Assembly (NCBI GenBank): GCA_944359935.1
Contig: CALVTD010000003.1
Span: forward strand, 1 to 48,206
DNA from: an uncultured Clostridia bacterium
Lineage (GTDB): Bacteria; Bacillota; Clostridia; Christensenellales; UBA1242
Direction: 5' to 3'
Length of the DNA stretch: 48,206 bases
The position numbers and the translations under genes were made by a program. This document shows, in pieces, positions 29,271 through 36,797 of this stretch. The notes beneath the pieces were generated by a model, which saw nothing but the letters and a program-made list of their open reading frames with translations, made no database searches and was not told the DNA's origin. Position 1 is the first letter of the stretch; each line of letters begins with the position of its first letter.

Positions 29271-29347
29271 GGTGGTCGTAGTTCAGTTGGCAGAACGCCA
29301 GATTGTGGCTCTGGAGGTCAAGGGTTCGATCCCCTTCGATCACCCCA
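29271..29347 (+). tRNA. tRNA-His(GTG)
   Basis: G-1, anticodon loop TTGTGGC, C discriminator plus CCA. Confidence 0.96.
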
Positions 29348-29361
29348 TATTTACTTTTCGG

Positions 29362-29436
29362 TGGGGTGTCGCCAAGCGGTAAGGCATTGGACTCTGACTC
29401 CAACATGCGTAGGTTCGAATCCTACCACCCCAGCCA
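29362..29436 (+). tRNA. tRNA-Gln(CTG)
   Basis: TGGGGTG acceptor (U1-A72), anticodon loop CTCTGAC, CCA end. Confidence 0.96.
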
Positions 29437-29587
29437 AGTTGGTTCGTCAGGCTGCTTTATTGGCAGGATTCGAACCTACGGTTCGCCCCTTCGGGCGGGG
29501 AACAAAGCAAGTTTGTTCCCGTTTTGACTGAAAAACAAGCACACCGGCTTGTTTTCCCGAGCGTCAAAACTTTTGCCACCCCAGCCA
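29437..29587. repeat. Inverted T-arm copy, hairpins and direct copy of the tRNA-Gln 3' end
   Basis: GGCAGGATTCGAACCTACG (29462-29480) antisense to the T arm; GCCACCCCAGCCA (29575-29587) direct. Confidence 0.88.
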
Positions 29588-29611
29588 ATAATTACGCAAA
29601 AAAATCAACAC

Positions 29612-29687
29612 GGTTCACTAGCTCAGTCGGTAGAGCACTTGACTTTTAATCAAGGGGTCCCGGGTTCGAGCCCCGGGTGAGCCACCA
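29612..29687 (+). tRNA. tRNA-Lys(TTT)
   Basis: Cloverleaf, anticodon loop CTTTTAA, CCA end. Confidence 0.97.
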
Positions 29688-29713
29688 AAAAACTCCTTTT
29701 TGGGAGTTTTTTT
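29688..29713 (+). terminator. Intrinsic terminator after tRNA cluster
   Basis: AAAAACTCC-loop-GGAGTTTTT. Confidence 0.8.
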
Positions 29714-29795
29714 ATTTAATCAAAAATTCTGGGTTAAAATCGTTATTGACTTTGTGTTATAAATAATTTATAATTCATTTATCAAAGGGTGGGAA

Positions 29796-30476
29796 ATGGA
29801 AGATTTTGTTAAAACAACGCTGAAAAAATATTTGGATGAAGGCAAAACATTGATTGAATGCAGAAAGTTGGGATTGGACATAAGTCAATTACCAGATAAA
29901 AATTTTGATTATTTTTGTTTGTCCACGCAAAGGTTTCCAGACAACTATTTTGAAGAGGAGAAAAATGGCGTTACATATGTCACTCCTGATAAAATTAAAA
30001 ATTCCCGCTTGCCGCACATGGGAATCATTCTTAAAGACGGAACAATTTTTAGAGTTGACACCTTTCATGCCGAAGTTGCTTTGTGGCTTAAATTCAACAA
30101 GCGCAACCCACAAGATAAAGAGTACATTGATTTGCGCGGCAGTTTAAGATATGTGCATTTTCCTCATTCTAAAAAATTGAGTGTGGTGCAAGGCTATGAT
30201 TATTCTAAAAAATTTGAACAAACAAACTTATATGATTTGATACATGCTTGGACAACTTACTATGACTGCACAAAGCATGACACTGATATTTTGCTAACTG
30301 AAAATCAAGTTATCACGCTTTTTAGGTTGTGTAAAGTGTATGATGTTGATTTTGAAGATATGCTAAACAGCAATGTTGGCTTTTGCATGGAGAGCGTTAA
30401 TCCTGAGCAAAGAAAAAAGGCAAATCAAAACAACAGTTTGATTAACGCAACTTTAAGTAGAATTCGCGATTTTTAA
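29796..30476 (+). CDS. Hypothetical protein (226 aa)
   Basis: Long ORF with own promoter TTGACT(29746)-17 nt-TATAAT(29769); no recognised motif. Confidence 0.75.
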   Translation: MEDFVKTTLKKYLDEGKTLIECRKLGLDISQLPDKNFDYFCLSTQRFPDNYFEEEKNGVTYVTPDKIKNSRLPHMGIILKDGTIFRVDTFHAEVALWLKFNKRNPQDKEYIDLRGSLRYVHFPHSKKLSVVQGYDYSKKFEQTNLYDLIHAWTTYYDCTKHDTDILLTENQVITLFRLCKVYDVDFEDMLNSNVGFCMESVNPEQRKKANQNNSLINATLSRIRDF

Positions 30477-30553
30477 TTTATTGTGCAAAGTTTTTTGCCA
30501 ATTTTGTTGACTTATTGGCCATGTTTTGATAAAATATCTTTGCACTTAAATAT

Positions 30554-30628
30554 TGGGGTGTCGCCAAGCGGTAAGGCACAAGACTTTGACTCTTGCATGC
30601 GCAGGTTCAAATCCTGCCACCCCAGCCA
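30554..30628 (+). tRNA. tRNA-Gln(TTG)
   Basis: Anticodon loop CTTTGAC, CCA end; promoter TTGACT(30507)-17 nt-TAAAAT. Confidence 0.96.
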
Positions 30629-30968
30629 AATGAAAAAACTGCGTTAATGCTTGTTTTCGCTTTGCAGCGAAAAGCTGCGCTCTTTTACTTGTTTTTTCAT
30701 TTCGCGACCAAACGCAAGTCGACGAGCGACTTGGTCGCGACTGCCGTCCGCAGCTGAAATTCTAAGTAATTTTGGGCTATGATAAACTGCGCTTGTGTTC
30801 TGTCTGTGCTTGCAGCCCGGCGATGAACGCTGGCGCTTGTTTTTTTTGTAATGCGCGGCCAAACGAAAATGCCAAAGGCATTTTGCCGCGACTTGAATTT
30901 GTTAAAATAAAACCCGTTTTTTTATTCTCGGCAGGATTTGAACCTGCGACCCGCCTCTTCGGGCGGGA
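30629..30968. repeat. Hairpin-module mosaic closed by an exact inverted copy of the tRNA-Gln(TTG) T arm
   Basis: GGCAGGATTTGAACCTGCG (30930-30948) is the exact reverse complement of 30600-30618; modules shared with 21481-21588. Confidence 0.88.
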
Positions 30969-30990
30969 AAAACAATATGCAATTTTTGCA

Positions 30991-31019
30991 TTGACATACA
31001 GCCTTGTTAATGATATATT
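30991..31019 (+). promoter_or_regulatory. sigma-A promoter, probably giving a leaderless mRNA
   Basis: TTGACA-17 nt-TATATT ending 6 nt before ATG 31026; no SD. Confidence 0.6.
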
Positions 31020-31025
31020 TAAGAC

Positions 31026-32132
31026 ATGAAAGGATTTATAAAGCCAGACTTTAAAAATTGTGTTTTAAACATTTCAGCCACTCTTGCTGAATTTTTAGGC
31101 GCGCCAAATAAAAATGCAACCTTGCCAATTTTAAAACAAGCATTACAAAGTGATGCCAAAAATGTGGTTTTTATGTGTTTTGACGGGCTGGGCTTGCATC
31201 CTTTAAAATTAAATGTGCAAAAAGATGATTTTTTGATGAGGAATATAAAACAAACGCTGACTTCTACTTTTCCTTCAACCACAACCAACGCCACAACCTC
31301 GCTGCTCACAAACCAGTGTCCTTTGGAACATGGCTGGTTTGGTTGGAGCATGTATTTTCAAAATATGCACAGCAATGTTGACATCTTTTTGGGCACAGAC
31401 AGCATTAGCGGCGAAAAAGTAGGCGATTATAAAAGCCAACTTGGGCAGTTGAATTATTATTTTGATAACGCGAAAACCGACTATCAAATAAACACTGTTT
31501 TTCCAAAATATGTTGAGGTTGCTCATCCCGAACGCAACAATGTTTGTATGTCGCGCGAACAATTTTTTGGCTGCATTCAGCAAATTTGCGAAAGGGAAGG
31601 CAAACAGTTTATCTACTCGTATTATCCAGAGCCTGACTCAATCATGCACAAGCACGGCGTAACCAGCGAGCAAGCCAAACAGGAAATTCAAAACATTTCA
31701 AAATCTTGTGAAGAACTGTTTAACAGCACAAGCGACACGCTTTTTGTAATCTCGGCCGACCATGGCCAGATAGATGTCGAAGGCTATATTGATTTTTATG
31801 ACGACGACGAACTTATGGATATGCTTGAAATTTATCCGTTTTTAGAGCCTCGCGCAGTTGCATTTAAGGTAAAAAATCAAAAATTAAAGCAATTTGAACA
31901 ATATTTTAATTTGGCATACTCACAAGATTTTGAATTACATAAATCAAGTGATTTGGTTAAACAGGGGTATTTTGGCGAATGTGGCGATAAGCAAGATTTG
32001 CTGGGTGATTACATTGCAATATGCAAAACAAACAAACTTGGCATTTTAAATCCATTTTCGCCAGCCTTTAAGGGGCATCACACAGGGCTGACGCAAGAGA
32101 TGCAGGTGCCGTTGATATTATTACGAAATTAA
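31026..32132 (+). CDS. Alkaline phosphatase superfamily protein (type I phosphodiesterase/nucleotide pyrophosphatase-like)
   Basis: FDGLG, STFPSTT nucleophile motif, PDSIMH, SADHG, GHH. Confidence 0.9.
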   Translation: MKGFIKPDFKNCVLNISATLAEFLGAPNKNATLPILKQALQSDAKNVVFMCFDGLGLHPLKLNVQKDDFLMRNIKQTLTSTFPSTTTNATTSLLTNQCPLEHGWFGWSMYFQNMHSNVDIFLGTDSISGEKVGDYKSQLGQLNYYFDNAKTDYQINTVFPKYVEVAHPERNNVCMSREQFFGCIQQICEREGKQFIYSYYPEPDSIMHKHGVTSEQAKQEIQNISKSCEELFNSTSDTLFVISADHGQIDVEGYIDFYDDDELMDMLEIYPFLEPRAVAFKVKNQKLKQFEQYFNLAYSQDFELHKSSDLVKQGYFGECGDKQDLLGDYIAICKTNKLGILNPFSPAFKGHHTGLTQEMQVPLILLRN

Positions 32133-32236
32133 AAAGCCGATATGGCTTTTTATTTTTTGTGAAATTTTTTTGTTTTTGTAACAAACTATGATAGAATTAT
32201 ATAAGCCAGGTTGGCTTTAAGATTTACGGAGGAAAA

Positions 32237-34546
32237 GTGAACTACATATTCTTAGGAGTAATCATTGTTCTATTCATAGCATTGTATTTCATATTTCGTA
32301 AACAAATCAACAAGAAATTGTCTTTTGTGATGAAAGGCGTGTCGTTATTTCTTGCAGTTTGCTTTTTCATTCGTTACTTTTCTTCAAGCCATTCAATTTT
32401 TCAAGATGTTTCAGCATTGTCTGGCAGCCCATTTTCGCCGTTTGTAACTTTTATGACCGCGCTTATGGTTTGGCTGTCGGTTGCCAGCGTTATAATTTTA
32501 ATGATGTTGCCATTTTTTAAATTTGATGTGCTTAAAAACTATGCAAAAACCTTTTGTTTGGTTGTTAGCATTTTAAACATTGGCTTCATGTCGCAAATTA
32601 TTTATTCTTTCACCGGCACTTATGACCTTTCGCTTGGCGGAGGGTTTTACGCGATTGAGGTGGGAATAAGTTTTGTTTACAGTTTATACATATTCTTAAC
32701 AAATGGTTATTTTAAAATTTCAAAAAAGCAAGGGCTTGAAATGCTTGCATGCTTGCCGATTGTTTTGTTGTTTTCAATTCCGCCGTTTATTCCTCAAACT
32801 TTTTTTGGAAACATAGGCAGCCTTGCGAGCAAAGATTTTGCGTTATATCACAGGCTATATCTATACCTATGTTTTATTGTGTTGTTTGGGCTGTATTTTC
32901 TTTTGCGAAACCGCAACAGGGAATACATTCGAATGGCGCTGCTATATATTTCACTGGTGACACTGGTTTCATACTGCTTTGATTATGATTTCCACAGATT
33001 TATAGAGCCAACAAGATGGCCGCTACATCTATGCAACACCGCAATGTTCATCACGCCAATTTGTTTGATGTTTAAGGTGGAAAAGGTTTTTTATTTCACG
33101 CTGTTTATAAACGTTTTGGGCGCACTGCTTGCAATGTTTATGCCAAACTATGGCGACACCCTCGGCGCGTTAAGCCCAACCGTGGTTAGATTTTGGACCA
33201 ACCACATCATGGCGTTTGCTATGCCGCTGCTAATTATTTTGCTAGGGATTTATCAGCGGCCAAAACTTAAACATTTTTACTATTCTATGGTGGGCTTTTT
33301 AATTTATTATGTTTTCGTGCTTATTATTAACGCTTGGTTTACAAACTATGACGCTTCGGTTGACTTCTTCTTTATCAACAGCGATTTTGTGGCAGAAAAA
33401 CTTGGAACTTGGGCGGAAAATCTGCGAGTGCCGTGGTCGTTTAATATCGGCTCGCTTACATTCACTTTCTATCCGCTGTATCAATTTTTGTATTTTCTGG
33501 TTTACACGGTTTTGGGCTTGGGCGTTTGGTTTGTGTATGTGTGGATATTTCAAATGCAAGATTTCTACAACATGGTTAGAGGCAAAAACAAAAAAATTAA
33601 ATTGGATAGTTTGGCATTAAAGCAAAAATATAATCAAAAGGAGGTTGATAAGTGCATGAATGAGGCAAGCAAAGACAAGTTGGTTATCAGTGGCGTGTAT
33701 AAGCAGTATGGCAACAATAAGCGTTACTCAGCCGAAAATGTCAGTCTGCAAGTTAAGGCGGGTGAAATTCTTGGCTTCTTAGGGCCAAACGGCGCTGGCA
33801 AAAGCACAATCATTAAATGCGTTGTTGGAATTCAGCCAGCCACTAAGGGTAGCATTGAAATTAACGGCTATGACATTCAAAAACAACCAGAAATGGCGAA
33901 AGCACAATTTGGGTTTGTGCCAGATCACTATGCACTTTATGAAAAACTCACCGGCAGAGAATACATCAACTACATAGCAGATTTATACAATGTTGAAAAA
34001 CAGGATAGGGACAAAAGGCTTGCAAAACTTTTAAAATCACTTAACATGGAGCATGCTATAGATAACAAAATTGCAACATATTCACATGGTATGAAGCAAA
34101 AGATTGCAATTATGTCGGCGCTTGTGCACAATCCAAAACTTTGGATTTTGGACGAGCCTTTAACAGGGCTTGACCCAACATCTATTTACGAAGTAAAAGA
34201 ATGCATGCGAGAGCATGCAAAGGCAGGAAACATTGTTTTCTTTTCCAGCCATATAATTGACGTGGTTGAAAAAATTTGCGACAGAATTGTTATAATCAAA
34301 AACGGCAGAATTGTTAAATCAGTAACAATGAAAAAACTGCAAAAAGACAACATCAACTTGGAAGAATTTTATTTAAACATTATAAATCAAAAAGATGTTT
34401 TGCCAGGCGAAGTTGAAATTCCGCAAGAAAACGCGCAGCCGCCTGAAAGTAAATTTTTTGAAGAAAAACCTAAAAAAGACGGTTGGATTAAAAAAATAAT
34501 TAAAAAAATTAAATTAAAAAAACAACAAAAAAAATCAAAAAAATAA
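32237..34546 (+). CDS. Multi-pass membrane protein with YwaF-like domain fused to a C-terminal ABC ATPase
   Basis: About 440 aa hydrophobic region with WPLHLCN; Walker A GPNGAGKST, signature YSHGMKQK, Walker B ILDEP, SSH; GTG start with RBS GGAGG. Confidence 0.85.
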   Translation: MNYIFLGVIIVLFIALYFIFRKQINKKLSFVMKGVSLFLAVCFFIRYFSSSHSIFQDVSALSGSPFSPFVTFMTALMVWLSVASVIILMMLPFFKFDVLKNYAKTFCLVVSILNIGFMSQIIYSFTGTYDLSLGGGFYAIEVGISFVYSLYIFLTNGYFKISKKQGLEMLACLPIVLLFSIPPFIPQTFFGNIGSLASKDFALYHRLYLYLCFIVLFGLYFLLRNRNREYIRMALLYISLVTLVSYCFDYDFHRFIEPTRWPLHLCNTAMFITPICLMFKVEKVFYFTLFINVLGALLAMFMPNYGDTLGALSPTVVRFWTNHIMAFAMPLLIILLGIYQRPKLKHFYYSMVGFLIYYVFVLIINAWFTNYDASVDFFFINSDFVAEKLGTWAENLRVPWSFNIGSLTFTFYPLYQFLYFLVYTVLGLGVWFVYVWIFQMQDFYNMVRGKNKKIKLDSLALKQKYNQKEVDKCMNEASKDKLVISGVYKQYGNNKRYSAENVSLQVKAGEILGFLGPNGAGKSTIIKCVVGIQPATKGSIEINGYDIQKQPEMAKAQFGFVPDHYALYEKLTGREYINYIADLYNVEKQDRDKRLAKLLKSLNMEHAIDNKIATYSHGMKQKIAIMSALVHNPKLWILDEPLTGLDPTSIYEVKECMREHAKAGNIVFFSSHIIDVVEKICDRIVIIKNGRIVKSVTMKKLQKDNINLEEFYLNIINQKDVLPGEVEIPQENAQPPESKFFEEKPKKDGWIKKIIKKIKLKKQQKKSKK

Positions 34547-34595
34547 TTAAAAAATCAAAAAAATAATTAAAAAATCAAAAAAATAATTAAAAAAT
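34531..34595 (+). repeat. 20-bp tandem repeat (about 3.25 copies)
   Basis: AAAATCAAAAAAATAATTAA at 34531, 34551, 34571. Confidence 0.9.
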
Positions 34596-34604
34596 GAAGG
34601 AAAA

Positions 34605-36302
34605 ATGCAAAAAAATAAGGCTGAAAAATTAAAAAATAGCAAAATAAATTTAAATAAATTTAAAACGCTTTTCTTAATGCAATTAAAAGAACGGCTTAAT
34701 CTTTCATTCTTAAAAAATAAAAAGCAACTTCTTTTTAAAGTTATTTTTGCAATTTTGGGTTTTGTGGTTGTAACGGCGGTGGCATATTTGGTGCTTTGGC
34801 TGTGTCAATTTTTAAACATTTTTTCAGCCTTAAACAGAATTCCAATTTCTGTTATGGCGGTTGTGTTTTTTGTAATTTTTGTTTTGAATTTGTTCACCTG
34901 CACGGTTGGGTTAAGCAAAACGCTTTTCTATTCCAAAGACAATCAAATGCTTGTAACTTTTCCTGTAAACGGCAATTTGATTTATCTTTCCAAAATGCTT
35001 GTTTACTACATAAATGAAATAAAAAGAACATTCACTTTTGTCATTCCAATCTTTTTTGCATATGGGCTTTTGTCGGCGTTGCCATTTATGTATTTTATTT
35101 GGATGCCAATCATGTTGGTTATTTTTGCAGCAATTCCAGTTTTGATTGGCGGGCTGCTGTCTTTTCCAATGCACTATGTGTTGAAATTTTTAAGAAGATT
35201 TCCACTTGTGAAAACAATCTCTGCGCTAATTTTGGTTGGCGGATTGGTGGTTGGGGCAGTTTTCCTTATTGAGGCAATTCCTGAAAACATCAACTTGATT
35301 GAAAGTTGGACTGCTGTTTCACGAGCGATGCGAAGTTTTCTATCTTGGTTTAGTGATGCTTTTTACATCTTCTATGCATTCACGATATTTTTGTGCGGCA
35401 AGTTTGAAAACTTGCAGTCGGTTTTGTTCACGGAATATTCTTGGATTGTGCTGCTTATCATGCTTGCAGTGATATTGGTTTTAGTGGGATTAAACTATCT
35501 CATTTCCAGACCGCTGTATCTGCGCAGCATCTCAAAACAATTTGAGTTTGATGTGAAAAACAAAAAAGTTAAGCACTTTAACATCAAGCGCAACAGTTTT
35601 GTTTCCACAAGCATCTATGAAAGCAGAAGGCTGGTTAGAGATAATGGCGTGCTTTCCACAGCGATTGCAACGCTTGTTATCACTCCAATTGCCATACTTT
35701 TGCTGTGCTCCATCTATGCGGCAATCAACACCAGGGCGATGGGCGATTTCTTTGTGATAGGTTTTAATATTTTAATATTATTATTGTTCATCATGGCGTC
35801 AAACATTGGCGTTTCATCCATTTACAGCAGGGATGGTGAGGCAATGTTTTTAAACAAAACCAAGCCTCAAAAACCATATAAAATTTTGTTTCCAAGGTTG
35901 TTTTTTAACTCAGTTGTCAGTGTGATTATTTTAACAATTTCGGCGCCAATATTTTTTGTAAACTCTACTTTAAGCGCAGGAAACGCAATTTTAGCGTATT
36001 TTATGATGCTTTTTCTTATTCTGGCGCACATATTATGGAGCGCGGAACTAGATTTCCTCAATCCGCAAACGGTTAGAATGCGCACAGAGGGAATACTTTC
36101 TGGAAACCCTAATGAAGTCAAATCCACAATACTGGCGTTTGCTTTAAGCGCGGTGGCGTTTGGGCTGATTTTATTCTTCCTCATGGACGGAGGAAACTTT
36201 GTTTGGTTTAAGCTTTTCTTTATTGCGCTGGCGCTGTTGCTGCTTAGAGGGTGGATGTTCTACTACAAAAGCAAAGTGTTGTTTAAGGAGATGCAATCAT
36301 GA
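34605..36302 (+). CDS. Putative ABC-2-type exporter permease
   Basis: Many TM helices; SKDNQMLVTFPV and SIYSRDGE..FL motifs typical of these permeases; follows the ABC ATPase. Confidence 0.75.
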   Translation: MQKNKAEKLKNSKINLNKFKTLFLMQLKERLNLSFLKNKKQLLFKVIFAILGFVVVTAVAYLVLWLCQFLNIFSALNRIPISVMAVVFFVIFVLNLFTCTVGLSKTLFYSKDNQMLVTFPVNGNLIYLSKMLVYYINEIKRTFTFVIPIFFAYGLLSALPFMYFIWMPIMLVIFAAIPVLIGGLLSFPMHYVLKFLRRFPLVKTISALILVGGLVVGAVFLIEAIPENINLIESWTAVSRAMRSFLSWFSDAFYIFYAFTIFLCGKFENLQSVLFTEYSWIVLLIMLAVILVLVGLNYLISRPLYLRSISKQFEFDVKNKKVKHFNIKRNSFVSTSIYESRRLVRDNGVLSTAIATLVITPIAILLLCSIYAAINTRAMGDFFVIGFNILILLLFIMASNIGVSSIYSRDGEAMFLNKTKPQKPYKILFPRLFFNSVVSVIILTISAPIFFVNSTLSAGNAILAYFMMLFLILAHILWSAELDFLNPQTVRMRTEGILSGNPNEVKSTILAFALSAVAFGLILFFLMDGGNFVWFKLFFIALALLLLRGWMFYYKSKVLFKEMQS

Positions 36303-36724
36303 AAAAGACGATTATTTTCTCCATTGCAATAATTTATTTGGTTTCCATTATTGTGGTAACATTCTTTGGCATGCAGTCAAGGCTTGACCAATTTCAGGTG
36401 TATATGACGGACATTGAAATCACTTCCTTTGACCAAGAGGTTAATGGCAACAAGTATTTGTTTGTGGATTTTAATGATGAAGAGGGTTATGCCAGCGTGT
36501 TTATTGATTATGACTATGCTCCTGACAATGCCACACATCCAGACAGGGTTTCTTTCAGCCTTACTGGCAACACTTACACCGATGACAACGGCGAAACCGC
36601 TTATTATGCCGAGGTTTCGGCTAACGGCGAGGTTGTTTTCTATTCGCGCAAAGCGGTGGTGCTTACAATAAGAACCACCGACGGGTCAAGTCTGGCAGAT
36701 TCGGTTACAATAATTTGTAGGTAA
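36299..36724 (+). CDS. Small membrane-anchored protein, possible Ig-like domain
   Basis: N-terminal TM helix; PDNAT..VSFS...VSANGEV...IRTTDGS resembles bacterial Ig-like repeats; ATGA overlap with the permease. Confidence 0.65.
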   Translation: MKKTIIFSIAIIYLVSIIVVTFFGMQSRLDQFQVYMTDIEITSFDQEVNGNKYLFVDFNDEEGYASVFIDYDYAPDNATHPDRVSFSLTGNTYTDDNGETAYYAEVSANGEVVFYSRKAVVLTIRTTDGSSLADSVTIICR

Positions 36725-36797
36725 AATTGTTTGGGCAAAAAAGAATAATGTGCTAGAATGTGACTAATACTAAGATGAATAAGTAAAAGGAGTGCAT

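Noticed and set aside
29424-29587. Prophage/genomic-island attL-attR at tRNA-Gln
   Set aside because: The direct repeat encloses only ~140 nt of hairpins with no integrase, and the inverted copy is not expected from integrase action.
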